This document shows positions 32,770 through 41,743 of a stretch of 42,034 nucleotides of DNA, piece after piece. This DNA comes from an uncultured Candidatus Saccharibacteria bacterium (GTDB lineage: Bacteria; Patescibacteriota; Minisyncoccia; Minisyncoccales; PEYH01): positions 1 through 42,034 of the forward strand of contig CAZHBV010000001.1 of NCBI GenBank assembly GCA_964530855.1, written 5' to 3'. The position numbers were made by a program, and so were the translations under genes. Numbering within the stretch: the first letter of the stretch is position 1; each line of letters starts with the position of its first letter. The notes beneath the pieces are model-generated. The model was given only the letters and a program-made list of their open reading frames with translations, did not search any database and was not told the origin of the DNA.

Positions 32770-32794
32770 CTTCCTTTATTATATCAAAAAAAAT

Positions 32795-33790
32795 ATGATT
32801 GTCAAGGTAAACATACATGAAGATGATATCTTAGACAATACTTTAAGACCACGCAGATGGGGAGAATATATTGGACAGGAGCAAGTTAAAAGAAATGTTA
32901 GAATTATAATTGAGGCTGCAAAAAAAAGAAATGAACCCCCCGAGCATTTATTGTTCTATGGAAGCTCAGGACTTGGTAAAACAACTCTTGCTTATTTAAT
33001 AGCCAGGGAGTTAAATACAGAAATGAAAATAACTTCAGGCCCTGCTATTGAAAGACCAGGTGATTTAGCGGCAATTTTGACAAATTTAAAAGAGGGTCAA
33101 ATTTTATTCATTGATGAAATTCATAGGCTAAATAGAACCTGTGAGGAATTAATCTATCCTGCTTTGGAAGACTATAAACTTAATATAATTGTCGGCAAAG
33201 GTCCTATGGCTCGGACTCTTGAGATTAAACTTCCTAAGTTTACTTTAATCGGGGCAACTACAAGGATTGCTCAACTTACTTCTCCTCTGCGCAATAGATT
33301 TGGGGCCATCTTTCAGTTAAGATTCTATACAGTTAAAGAGATTGAGCAGATAATTGAAAGGTCGGCAAAAATACTCAATGTAGAAATAGAGAAAGAGGCT
33401 GTTGAAACTATCGCTCAAAGGTCACGGTTTACTCCAAGGATAGCAAATAGACTTTTAAAAAGAATTAGAGATTTCGCTCAAGTTGAAAGCGACGGTATAA
33501 TTACAAAAGAAATTGCCAAGAAAGCGCTGGAGGCCTTAGAAATTGATGAGTTAGGGCTTGAGCCAGCAGATAGAAAAATTCTTGAAACAATAATCTATAA
33601 ATTTGACGGAGGACCTGTTGGCATTCAAGCGCTTGCCGCTTCTCTATCAGAAGAGGTAGATAATATTTTAGAAGTTTATGAACCCTATCTTTTGCAATTG
33701 GGGTTAATTAAAAGAACTCCCAAAGGAAGGGTAATAACGGAGGCTGCTTTAAAACATCTTAAAATTAAACCAAAAAACAGACTTCTATAA
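32795..33790 (+). CDS. ruvB: Holliday junction branch migration helicase RuvB
   Basis: LRPRRWGEYIGQEQVK, GSSGLGKTTLA, LFIDEIHRL, the sensor TTRIAQLTSPLRNRFG and a C-terminal winged helix. Confidence 0.95.
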   Translation: MIVKVNIHEDDILDNTLRPRRWGEYIGQEQVKRNVRIIIEAAKKRNEPPEHLLFYGSSGLGKTTLAYLIARELNTEMKITSGPAIERPGDLAAILTNLKEGQILFIDEIHRLNRTCEELIYPALEDYKLNIIVGKGPMARTLEIKLPKFTLIGATTRIAQLTSPLRNRFGAIFQLRFYTVKEIEQIIERSAKILNVEIEKEAVETIAQRSRFTPRIANRLLKRIRDFAQVESDGIITKEIAKKALEALEIDELGLEPADRKILETIIYKFDGGPVGIQALAASLSEEVDNILEVYEPYLLQLGLIKRTPKGRVITEAALKHLKIKPKNRLL

Positions 33791-33794
33791 AAAC

Positions 33795-34511
33795 ATGTCC
33801 GGACATAGCCATTGGCATGGAATAAGATATAAAAAGGAATTAGAGGACAAAAAAAGGGCTAAAATTTTTTCAAAAATTAGCCGCCAGATTGCTGTTGCTG
33901 CAAGAGAAGGAAAAGATCCAGAAACAAATCCAAAACTTAGAATGGCAATTGAAATGGCAAAGGAATTTAATATGCCAAATGAAAATATAGAAAGAGCCAT
34001 CAAAAGAGGTTCTGGTGAAATTGAAGGGGAGAAATTAGAAGAGGTAACCTTTGAATGTCTTGGTCCTGGAAACGTTGCAATTATTATTGAAGGTATTACA
34101 GATAATAAAAACAGAACGCTTAGCGAAATTAAGCAGATTCTACAAAAAGAGGGAGGAAAATTAGCCGACGAAGGATCTCTAAGATGGCAGTTTAAACGAA
34201 TGGGAACAATCAGAGTGAATGCCCAAAATGTTAATAAGGAAGATTTGGAGCTTCTTGCTATCGATTTAGGGGCTCAGGATTTTAAATGGAGAAATTCTAT
34301 GCTTGAAATTTATACAAAGCCTGAGGATTTAGAAAGAATAAAGTCCAAACTTGAAGAAAGGAAAATACCAATTGAATCAGCCCAATTGGAATGGGTTCCT
34401 GAACAAGAAATTGAGGTTTCTAAAAAAGAAAAGGAAGCGCTGGAGCGTCTTTTTGAGGCTTTAGATGAGAATGACGCAGTGCAGGAAATATATTCAAATT
34501 TAAAAATATGA
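33795..34511 (+). CDS. yebC: YebC/PmpR family DNA-binding regulator
   Basis: MSGHSHWHGIRYKKELEDKKRAKIFSKISRQIAVAAREGKDPETNPKLRMAIEMAK is the canonical family N-terminus. Confidence 0.9.
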   Translation: MSGHSHWHGIRYKKELEDKKRAKIFSKISRQIAVAAREGKDPETNPKLRMAIEMAKEFNMPNENIERAIKRGSGEIEGEKLEEVTFECLGPGNVAIIIEGITDNKNRTLSEIKQILQKEGGKLADEGSLRWQFKRMGTIRVNAQNVNKEDLELLAIDLGAQDFKWRNSMLEIYTKPEDLERIKSKLEERKIPIESAQLEWVPEQEIEVSKKEKEALERLFEALDENDAVQEIYSNLKI

Positions 34512-35038
34512 AGATTTTGGGAATTGATCCGGGAACAGCAACAACTGGCTATGGGGTTATTAAAGCAAAAAGGGGGAGTGATAAACTTATCTGTCTCGAT
34601 TATGGATGTATCAACACATCACCTGCTGTAGACCCTTGCAAGCGCCTAAAACAAATTGAAAAAGGGGTGAATAAACTTATCAGAAGATTTTCCCCCAGAG
34701 TTTTAGCAGTAGAAAAATTATATTTTTTCAAAAATTCCAAGACGATTGTAAGTGTTTCACAGGCCAAAGGGGTAATTCTTCTTGCAGCCGCCAAAAAGAA
34801 GGTGCCTGTTGTAGAATTTACACCTCTTGAGGTTAAAATGGCAATTACAGGTTATGGAAGAGCAAAAAAAATACAGATGCAAAAAATGATTCAAGTATTA
34901 TTGGGCTTGAGAGAACTACCAAAACCCGACGACGCCGCTGATGCTCTAGCCTTAGCAGTATGTGCCCATCTTATGCTTTTTTCAAAATTAAGCCCTTTCA
35001 AGCAAAAAGTCTTGACAGGGAGGTGGAGAAAAATATAA
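34508..35038 (+). CDS. ruvC: Crossover junction endodeoxyribonuclease RuvC
   Basis: MKILGIDPGTATTGYGVI, AVEKLYFFKN and DDAADALALAVCH-type motifs. A 4-nt overlap couples it to yebC. Confidence 0.9.
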   Translation: MKILGIDPGTATTGYGVIKAKRGSDKLICLDYGCINTSPAVDPCKRLKQIEKGVNKLIRRFSPRVLAVEKLYFFKNSKTIVSVSQAKGVILLAAAKKKVPVVEFTPLEVKMAITGYGRAKKIQMQKMIQVLLGLRELPKPDDAADALALAVCAHLMLFSKLSPFKQKVLTGRWRKI

Positions 35039-35100
35039 TAGGCTTATAGATTGTTTTGGAGGACAATTAAAGGTCGATTTAAACAATAATTTTTAAAACC

Positions 35101-35283
35101 ATGGAATACATTGACAAAATCCTCTCTCAAATTGTTAATCAAGAAGAATGGGAAGAAGAGGATGTAGAGGAAGAAGAAACTATTGAAGAAGAAACACCCG
35201 AGGAAGAGGCTGAAGAGGAAACCCCAGAAGATGTATCCGAGGAAGAAGAGTTCGGAGAAGAAGAGGAGGATGAAGAATTATAA
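35101..35283 (+). CDS. Hyper-acidic 60-aa protein
   Basis: MEYIDKILSQIVNQEEW is followed by about 43 residues that are mostly E/D. The ORF keeps frame through a GAA/GAG-rich tract and ends 1 nt before a very strong terminator. No SD is visible. Confidence 0.45.
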   Translation: MEYIDKILSQIVNQEEWEEEDVEEEETIEEETPEEEAEEETPEDVSEEEEFGEEEEDEEL

Positions 35284-35330
35284 AATCCCAAAACCCCCCA
35301 TAATTTATGGGGGGTTTTGGGATTATTTTA
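35284..35330 (+). terminator. Rho-independent terminator (19-bp stem)
   Basis: AATCCCAAAACCCCCCATA-ATT-TATGGGGGGTTTTGGGATT followed by ATTTTA. It is a near-perfect palindrome spanning 35284-35324. Confidence 0.85.
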
Positions 35331-35334
35331 AAAA

Positions 35335-37242
35335 ATGAAAAAAACAAAAAGAGTATTTAAAACAGCGTCTTTTAAATGGCCTAAAGTTATTATTAAACTT
35401 ACTCTTTTTTCTTTACTATTTTTTCTCCTTTGTGGATCCTTCGTTTTTATACTTTTTGCAAAAGATTTCCCAAGACCAGAAGTTTTTGAGGAAAGACATT
35501 TAGCCCAGCCAACTAAAATTTTTGACAGAAGTGGTAAAGTATTGCTTTATACGATTTTTGGGGAAGAAAAAAGAGAACCAGTTAAACTTAAAGACCTTCC
35601 GGATTATCTAATAAAGGCTGTTTTGGCAGCAGAAGATGCAAAATTTTATGAGCATCACGGGGTAGATTTAAAAGGTATTTTAAGGGCGATTTTAATAGAT
35701 CTAAAATTAAAAAAACCGGTTTACGGTGGCTCAACTATCTCTCAGCAATTAATAAGATCAACCTTTCTAACAAGAGAGAAAACAATAAAAAGAAAAATTA
35801 GGGAGGTTATTTTAACATTAGAATTAGAAAGACGTTATTCAAAAGATCAAATTTTGGAGTGGTATTTAAATCAAATTCCATTTGGGCCAAATATATATGG
35901 AGTTGAAGCAGCGGCCCAAGATTTCTTCAATAAACCTGCAAAGGATGTAACTTTGGAGGAGGCAGCAGTTTTGGCTGCTACAATTAGAGCCCCTAGTTAT
36001 TATTACCCCTTCTCAGAACATAGAGAAAAACTTTTAGAAAGAAAAAATTACATCTTAAAGAGAATGTTGGAAGAAGGTTTTATCTCTCAAGAAGAATACC
36101 AACAGGCTAAAAAAAAGGAAATTCATTTTGTTAAAACTCCTATTACAATCAAAGCCCCTCATTTTGTTTTTTATGTAAGAGATTATCTCTTTAAAAAATA
36201 TGGTGATGAATTTCTAAAAGAAAGTGGACTTAAGGTATACACTACTTTGGATTGGGAATTCCAAAAAAAATTAGAAGAAATAGTCAAAAAAGAAGTAGAA
36301 AGAATTAAAAAATATAATGCTCATAATATCTCAATTGTGGCTATAGACCCAAATACAGGCCAAATACTCGCAATGATAGGCTCAAAAGACTATTTTGGTG
36401 AACCTTATCCAAAAGGTTGCAAACCAGGAGTTAATTGCCTTTTCGAACCAAAAGTTAATGTAGCAGTTTATGGTATTGGCCAGCAACCCGGATCTGCCTT
36501 TAAACCTTTTGTTTACGCTACCGCTTTTGAAAAAGGTTATTCTGAAAATGATAAAGTCTTAGATGAATTAACCAATTTTGGTAAATGGGGTGGGAAGTAT
36601 TATATACCTCAAAATTATGATGGTAAATTTCGAGGTTGGGTTACATTAAAGCAAGCCTTAGCCCAATCTCTAAACGTACCTTCTGTGAAAGTATTACTTT
36701 ATTTTGCAGGCATTGAAGACAGTATAAAAACAGCCAGAAGGTTTGGTATTACCACCTTAAACAAACCTCCTTCTTTTTATGGTCCATCGTTAGTGTTAGG
36801 AGGAGGAGAAGTAAAACTTTTAGATATAACCTCAGCCTATGGGGTTTTTGCAACAGAGGGTTTAAGAAATCCTCCTTCTGCCATATTAAAAATTGAAGAT
36901 GCAAAAGGAAGAATTATAGAAGAAAACAAACCTTCGCCTTTACGAGTAGAAAGGGTGGATGTTTGCAAAAAGATAAATGATATTTTATCAGATAACGATG
37001 CCAGGGCACCAATGTTTGGCAAAAATTCACCTCTTTATTTTAAAGATCACATTGTAGCTGCCAAAACCGGTACCACAAACAGTTTCCGAGATGCCTGGAC
37101 TATAGGATATACTAAAAATATTGTAATTGGAGTTTGGGTAGGAAATAATGATAATTCTCCAATGAAAAAAGTGCCAGCGGTCACTATTGCGGGACCTATT
37201 TGGCACAAAGCAATGGAGGAAGCCTTAAAAAGATGGCCTTAA
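35335..37242 (+). CDS. Class A penicillin-binding protein (glycosyltransferase GT51 plus transpeptidase), PBP1A-like
   Basis: N-terminal TM helix, GT51 motifs EDAKFYEHHGVD, GGSTISQQL and RKIRE, and transpeptidase motifs SAFKPF (SxxK) and KTGTT. Confidence 0.9.
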   Translation: MKKTKRVFKTASFKWPKVIIKLTLFSLLFFLLCGSFVFILFAKDFPRPEVFEERHLAQPTKIFDRSGKVLLYTIFGEEKREPVKLKDLPDYLIKAVLAAEDAKFYEHHGVDLKGILRAILIDLKLKKPVYGGSTISQQLIRSTFLTREKTIKRKIREVILTLELERRYSKDQILEWYLNQIPFGPNIYGVEAAAQDFFNKPAKDVTLEEAAVLAATIRAPSYYYPFSEHREKLLERKNYILKRMLEEGFISQEEYQQAKKKEIHFVKTPITIKAPHFVFYVRDYLFKKYGDEFLKESGLKVYTTLDWEFQKKLEEIVKKEVERIKKYNAHNISIVAIDPNTGQILAMIGSKDYFGEPYPKGCKPGVNCLFEPKVNVAVYGIGQQPGSAFKPFVYATAFEKGYSENDKVLDELTNFGKWGGKYYIPQNYDGKFRGWVTLKQALAQSLNVPSVKVLLYFAGIEDSIKTARRFGITTLNKPPSFYGPSLVLGGGEVKLLDITSAYGVFATEGLRNPPSAILKIEDAKGRIIEENKPSPLRVERVDVCKKINDILSDNDARAPMFGKNSPLYFKDHIVAAKTGTTNSFRDAWTIGYTKNIVIGVWVGNNDNSPMKKVPAVTIAGPIWHKAMEEALKRWP

Positions 37243-38369
37243 ACTTGCTTAATTGGCATTAAAATATAAAGAAAATCTTGACTGTTTTTTGGTTTAATTA
37301 CTCCTGGTCCTTCCTCTTGATTAAGTTCAAAGATAAATTCTTCTGTTTGAATCTTTGAGACTCCCTCAAATAAAAATCGCCAGTTAAAACATGTTTTTAC
37401 TTTCTCTCCTTTGACACCGGCTTTAATTTCTAAAGTTGCTTCACCTAAATCTGTATTTTGTGCTGAAATCTCTATACTACTCTTTTTAGGATCCACAGAG
37501 AGCATTACTTCATTTCCTCCTCCTGAAAAAATACTCGCGGTTTTAATTTTGTTAAGAAATTGTTTTTTATCTAAAATAACCTGGGTATGATATCCTTTTG
37601 GGATAACCGCCTGATAATCGGGAAACTCGCCTTCAATTAAGCGTGAAATTAACTGAGCCTGTGGATTTTGCGAATCCGCAAAATATGATTCAAACATAAC
37701 TTGTCCTGAAGAGAAAAACAAACTAATCTTTCTTTCGTTTTCTGAAAACATATTTACTATTTCCCTTGCTGCATTCCTGGGTAGAATAAATGATTTTTCT
37801 TGAAGCAGATCTTGAGGCTTCTCAAAGAATAACGTCTTCTGGGCCAACCGAAAACTGTCAGTTGTTACAATTTTCAATTGATCTTTTGAAAAAGAGAAAA
37901 AAACACCAGAAAGTTCGGGTCTTGTTTGTGTAGGGCTACAAAAATCAATTACCTGAAGAATTCCTTCAGAAAGAGGATATGGATTTAATCCTATCTTCGT
38001 AGATTTTTCAATTTTAGGAATTATAGGAAAGTCTCTGGGATCCATTCCTTTTATTTGTATTTTACCGTTTTCTCCTATAAGATTTAAGGTTTTTCCTTTA
38101 GTTTCAATGTTTAAGGAAGGACTCTCTATTAAAGAAACAATATCTTTAAAGATTTTTGTTGGAACGGTTATCTCCCCCTCTTTTTCTACTTTTGCTAAAC
38201 AAAAATAAATAGATGCAATTTCTAAATTTGTAGTCACAAGTTTAAGTTGATTTTTCTCACAAGCCAGAAGTACATGATTTAATATTGGTAAAGTGAGATT
38301 CTTTGTACAGATTCTCTCAACATAACTTAATCCTTTGTTTAATTCTTCTTTTAAAATAGTAAGTTTCAT
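37239..38369 (-). CDS. dnaN: DNA polymerase III beta sliding clamp
   Basis: 376 aa at the canonical position downstream of dnaA, with a three-domain clamp pattern (MKLTILKEELNKGL...ILNHVLL...). Confidence 0.9.
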   Translation of the reverse strand: MKLTILKEELNKGLSYVERICTKNLTLPILNHVLLACEKNQLKLVTTNLEIASIYFCLAKVEKEGEITVPTKIFKDIVSLIESPSLNIETKGKTLNLIGENGKIQIKGMDPRDFPIIPKIEKSTKIGLNPYPLSEGILQVIDFCSPTQTRPELSGVFFSFSKDQLKIVTTDSFRLAQKTLFFEKPQDLLQEKSFILPRNAAREIVNMFSENERKISLFFSSGQVMFESYFADSQNPQAQLISRLIEGEFPDYQAVIPKGYHTQVILDKKQFLNKIKTASIFSGGGNEVMLSVDPKKSSIEISAQNTDLGEATLEIKAGVKGEKVKTCFNWRFLFEGVSKIQTEEFIFELNQEEGPGVIKPKNSQDFLYILMPIKQV

Positions 38370-38410
38370 AATTTTATTTTAAATTATTATTAGTGTTAAG
38401 GCCAAAAAAG

Positions 38411-38482
38411 TGTGGAAACAGGATAATATAAAGAAGAAAGCACTATTTTAATTTGATAATTTCTGAATAAAGTTGTGGAAAT
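38411..38482. promoter_or_regulatory. Two weak DnaA-box-like 9-mers in the dnaA-dnaN spacer
   Basis: TGTGGAAAC (38411-38419) and TGTGGAAAT (38474-38482). Each has 2 mismatches to TGTGGATAA, and the 173-nt spacer is AT-rich. Confidence 0.3.
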
Positions 38483-38542
38483 TTTGGGTATATTCAATTG
38501 GAATAAAGAACTTCAGAGATAATCCCCTGGAAAATTCACAAG

Positions 38543-39898
38543 TTATTCAGAATATAAACGTTCTTTTAAAAGATTAATTTCTTCAACCAAATCTTCATTT
38601 TTTTCGAGATCTTTGGCTATTTTTTCGTATGCATAAATTGCAGTTGTGTGGTCTTTCCCACCAAATTTTTTTCCAATTTGCGGGAATGAATATTTTATTT
38701 CCTCTCTTAAAAGATACATAGCAATTTGCCTAGGTCGGACAATTTCTTTCTTTCTGGAGTTTGACAAGAGCTCTTTTTCAGAAATATTATAAAACTCTGC
38801 GACTATTCTAGTTAATTTCTGAAAATCTACCCTTTTTGACCTTGGTCTGATAATCTTTTTTAGGAGTTTTTTTGCGCTTTCTAAATCTAAAGTTTCTGTA
38901 TTTTGTAGCCTTTGAGAAGCAATTAAGCGATTGAGGGCACCCTCTAATTCTCTTATGTTGCTTTGGATATTTGTGGCAATGAATTCTAAAATTTCATCTT
39001 CTACCAGAAAGTTTTTCTCTTGAGCCTTCTGTTTTAAAATAGCAACCCGGCTTTCAAAATCAGGTTGAGAGATGTCTGCAATCATACCCCCTTCAAATCG
39101 TGATTTTAATCTTGCCTCCAGCGCCGAGATAGCTTTCGGAGGTCGATCAGAAGAAATAACAATTTGTTTGTTATTCTCATATAGGGTATTAAAAAGATGG
39201 AAAAATTCCTCCTGGGTTTTTTCTTTTCCAGCAATGAATTGAATGTCATCAACAATAAGCACATCGTATTTTCTATATTGTTCTTTAAACTGTTCAATAG
39301 TCTGGTTTTTAATAGCATTAATAACTCCTCCGGTAAACCTTTCAGAACTTATATATCTTACCTTTTTTTCAGGAAATATTTTACAAATTCTGTTGCCGAT
39401 AGCTTGTAAAAGATGTGTCTTACCAAGCCCTACTCCTCCATAGACAAAAAGAGGATTGTAGAGGGTACCCGGAGATTCAGTTACAGCCCACGCCGCCGCA
39501 TGAGCCAATTCATTAAAAGGTCCAACAACAAAGTTTTCAAATTGGTATCTTGGATTTAGGTTTGTTTCTTTATTGGTATAAAGTTCTTCGAATATTAACT
39601 GATCTGGGTGCACCTGAGGAATTTTTCCAAGAGAGGGATTTTTGAACATATTTCTGGGAGTGACTTTGAAATCTATTTTTTTTATATTTTCATTAAATTG
39701 TCTTATAATCTTCAAAAGCGTTTTTTTATACCGCTTCTCAATCCATTCTTTTGAGAAGTTATTAGGCACGCCAATTATAATAGCATCCTTTTGAATCTCA
39801 ATAATATGTGTATTTTTAAACCAAGTGGCAAAGTTAGCCGGAGAAATACTCAGCTGTATTTGGGCTAATATTGCTTGCCAGATTTCTTCTTTTTTCAT
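38543..39898 (-). CDS. dnaA: Chromosomal replication initiator DnaA
   Basis: The AAA+ core has LFVYGGVGLGKTHLLQAIG and VLIVDDIQF. Domain IV has RPRQIAMYLLRE...IGKKFGGKDHTTAIYAYEKI. Confidence 0.95.
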   Translation of the reverse strand: MKKEEIWQAILAQIQLSISPANFATWFKNTHIIEIQKDAIIIGVPNNFSKEWIEKRYKKTLLKIIRQFNENIKKIDFKVTPRNMFKNPSLGKIPQVHPDQLIFEELYTNKETNLNPRYQFENFVVGPFNELAHAAAWAVTESPGTLYNPLFVYGGVGLGKTHLLQAIGNRICKIFPEKKVRYISSERFTGGVINAIKNQTIEQFKEQYRKYDVLIVDDIQFIAGKEKTQEEFFHLFNTLYENNKQIVISSDRPPKAISALEARLKSRFEGGMIADISQPDFESRVAILKQKAQEKNFLVEDEILEFIATNIQSNIRELEGALNRLIASQRLQNTETLDLESAKKLLKKIIRPRSKRVDFQKLTRIVAEFYNISEKELLSNSRKKEIVRPRQIAMYLLREEIKYSFPQIGKKFGGKDHTTAIYAYEKIAKDLEKNEDLVEEINLLKERLYSE

Positions 39899-40095
39899 AA
39901 TAACTCCTTATTTCAATTATAAGAGATTTAACAAACAAGGCAAGAAACAAGAAATTTCAACACCCTGTGAATAATTTGTGAATAAGATGTTAAAAATCTT
40001 TCATTTGACCTTCTTCTTTTTTGATATTATACTCTAAATATGTATCGACATTTCGAAATTTCGAAATCTTGACATTTTGATATATCGATAAAACC
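39899..40095. promoter_or_regulatory. Putative oriC / dnaA-rpmH divergent control region with tandem DnaA-box-like sites
   Basis: TGTGAATAA occurs at 39966-39974 and again at 39977-39985 (1 mismatch to TGTGGATAA, 11 bp apart). There are AT-rich stretches and a tandem palindrome TTTCGAAAtTTCGAAA (40051-40066). A TTGACA hexamer at 40069-40074 precedes rpmH. Confidence 0.55.
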
Positions 40096-40230
40096 ATGGT
40101 CATTGGCTACAAAGAAAAAAAACGAAAAAGAAAGAAAACCCACGGGTTTTTAAAACGAATTAGAACAAAAAGTGGAAAGAGGGTTCTTCGAAGGCGACGA
40201 AAGAAAAAAAGGAAAAGACTAACTGTTTGA
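40096..40230 (+). CDS. rpmH: 50S ribosomal protein L34
   Basis: My translation gives [44 protein letters not shown] (44 aa), with the bL34 core KRKxxHGF...GRxVLxRRRxKGRKxLTV. It is too short to appear in the ORF track. Confidence 0.9.
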   Translation: MVIGYKEKKRKRKKTHGFLKRIRTKSGKRVLRRRRKKKRKRLTV

Positions 40231-40249
40231 ATTATTTTAGATTTAAAAC

Positions 40250-40588
40250 GTGTTGCCCAAGAAATATCGTTTAAAAAAGAAAAAAGAATTTGAACGAGTA
40301 TTCAAAAAAGGAAAGGCTAAAAAGAAAGATTTTTTGTTTATTAAATTCGTTAAGAATGATCAAAATGCTACTAGATTTGGATTTGTCGTCTCAAAGAAAA
40401 TATCCAAAAAAGCAGTTGTACGAAATAAAGTAAAAAGAAGACTTAGAGAAGCGGCAAGAGAAATGCTCTCTGAGATAAAACCCGGATATGATGTTGTAAT
40501 CGTGGCTCAGAAAGGAATAGAAAAACAAGATTTTTTTCAAATAAAGAACCAATTAAGACAGTTATTAAGAAAAATAAATTTACGATGA
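40250..40588 (+). CDS. rnpA: Ribonuclease P protein component
   Basis: GTG start. LPKKYRLKKKKEFERVFKKG and AVVRNKVKRRLRE (RNR motif), at the canonical position after rpmH. Confidence 0.9.
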   Translation: MLPKKYRLKKKKEFERVFKKGKAKKKDFLFIKFVKNDQNATRFGFVVSKKISKKAVVRNKVKRRLREAAREMLSEIKPGYDVVIVAQKGIEKQDFFQIKNQLRQLLRKINLR

Positions 40589-41313
40589 TTTTTTCGGATT
40601 TATTTAGAATTCTTTTGTGGCAACCTTTGTTTAATCTTTTAATCTTTTTTTATTTATATCTACCTGGAAACGATTTTGGTATAGCAGTTATTGCTCTGAC
40701 TATTTTAGTCCGATTAATTTTGTGGCCATGGCAGAAAAAAGCCATTCATTCACAATTGGTTCTTCAAAAAATTCAGCCCAAAATTAAAGAACTTCAGAAA
40801 AAATATAAAAACGATAACGAAAAACTAGGAAGAGAATTTTTAAAACTTACACGCTCTCAAAAAGTAAATCCATTTTTTGGCACGTTTATCACTTTTTTAC
40901 AACTACCCATTTTAATTGCTCTTTATAGGGTCTTTTGGCAAGGATTTAGTGAAGAAAACTTAAAATATCTTTATCCGTTTATGAAAAGGCCTGAAATATT
41001 AGACCCCTCATTTCTGGGAATGATAGATTTAAGTCAACCAAATCTTATTATGGTTATTCTGTTGGCAATTGTTTCGTTTTTGCAACAGCGCATGATGACG
41101 AAAAAAAGAAAAACAAAGAAAAGTTTTGAAGATGTTTTTCAGGCTCAGATGCTTTATATTATGCCTGTTTTTATAGCCTTGATATTTTTAAGACTTCCTT
41201 CAGCATTAGCATTGTATTTAATCGTCTCAACTATTTTTGCCATATTACAACAAAAAATAGTTGAAAAGGAGATAGCCGAACATGAAAAAAGAGAAGATGA
41301 AAAAACAAATTAA
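40585..41313 (+). CDS. yidC: Membrane protein insertase YidC (short form)
   Basis: 242 aa with GIAVIALTILVRLILWPW, the KIQPKIKELQKKYK coiled-coil hairpin and the PILIALY region. A 4-nt overlap couples it to rnpA. Confidence 0.9.
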   Translation: MIFSDLFRILLWQPLFNLLIFFYLYLPGNDFGIAVIALTILVRLILWPWQKKAIHSQLVLQKIQPKIKELQKKYKNDNEKLGREFLKLTRSQKVNPFFGTFITFLQLPILIALYRVFWQGFSEENLKYLYPFMKRPEILDPSFLGMIDLSQPNLIMVILLAIVSFLQQRMMTKKRKTKKSFEDVFQAQMLYIMPVFIALIFLRLPSALALYLIVSTIFAILQQKIVEKEIAEHEKREDEKTN

Positions 41314-41743
41314 AAAAATTACTGAAAAATTTTTTGAAAAATTAGGTTTCCCAGGGGAGATAACAGTAGATCTAAGGGAAGAGAGTACTTTTTATATTTC
41401 CGTCAAAACCGATGAGCCCCAAATTTTGATTGGAAAAAGAGGAGAGACTTTATTTTTGATCCAAAAACTTCTTGTAAAAATCTTAAAGAAAGAAATCTCC
41501 CAAGATGCTTTAATTGATTTAGATATTAACGATTATAAAAAGAAGAAAATTAACTTTCTTAGAGAATTGGCCCAAATTACAGCAGACGAGGTGGCCTTAC
41601 ATAAAAAAGAAAAAGAACTGGAACCAATGCCAGCCTATGAGAGAAGGATTATCCATTTAACATTGGCAGAAAGAAAAGATGTCACAACCGAAAGCAAAGG
41701 CAATGAGCCAAAAAGAAGGGTAGTGATTAAACCACTCTTATAA
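41282..41743 (+). CDS. jag: Jag/SpoIIIJ-associated RNA-binding protein (KH plus R3H)
   Basis: The KH-like region has ILIGKRGETLFLIQ. The R3H region has MPAYERRIIHLTLAE. The true start may be the second Met, 5 codons downstream. Confidence 0.8.
   Translation: MKKEKMKKQIKKITEKFFEKLGFPGEITVDLREESTFYISVKTDEPQILIGKRGETLFLIQKLLVKILKKEISQDALIDLDINDYKKKKINFLRELAQITADEVALHKKEKELEPMPAYERRIIHLTLAERKDVTTESKGNEPKRRVVIKPLL

Noticed and set aside
32647-32794. Identification of the structured spacer as SRP (4.5S) RNA, 6S RNA, a tRNA-like element or a simple terminator
   Set aside because: There is no GGAA/GNRA-capped domain IV with the conserved asymmetric loops. The perfect 8-bp hairpin is unlike SRP. The element is too short for 6S, has no T-loop (GTTCRA) or cloverleaf, and has no stem followed by a U-tract. 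The class remains unknown.
40021-40095. A confident sigma70 promoter call for rpmH
   Set aside because: A TTGACA hexamer is present (40069-40074), but the best downstream -10-like hexamer (TAAAAC) lies only 14 nt away. The spacing is poor, so it is mentioned only as part of the origin/control region.
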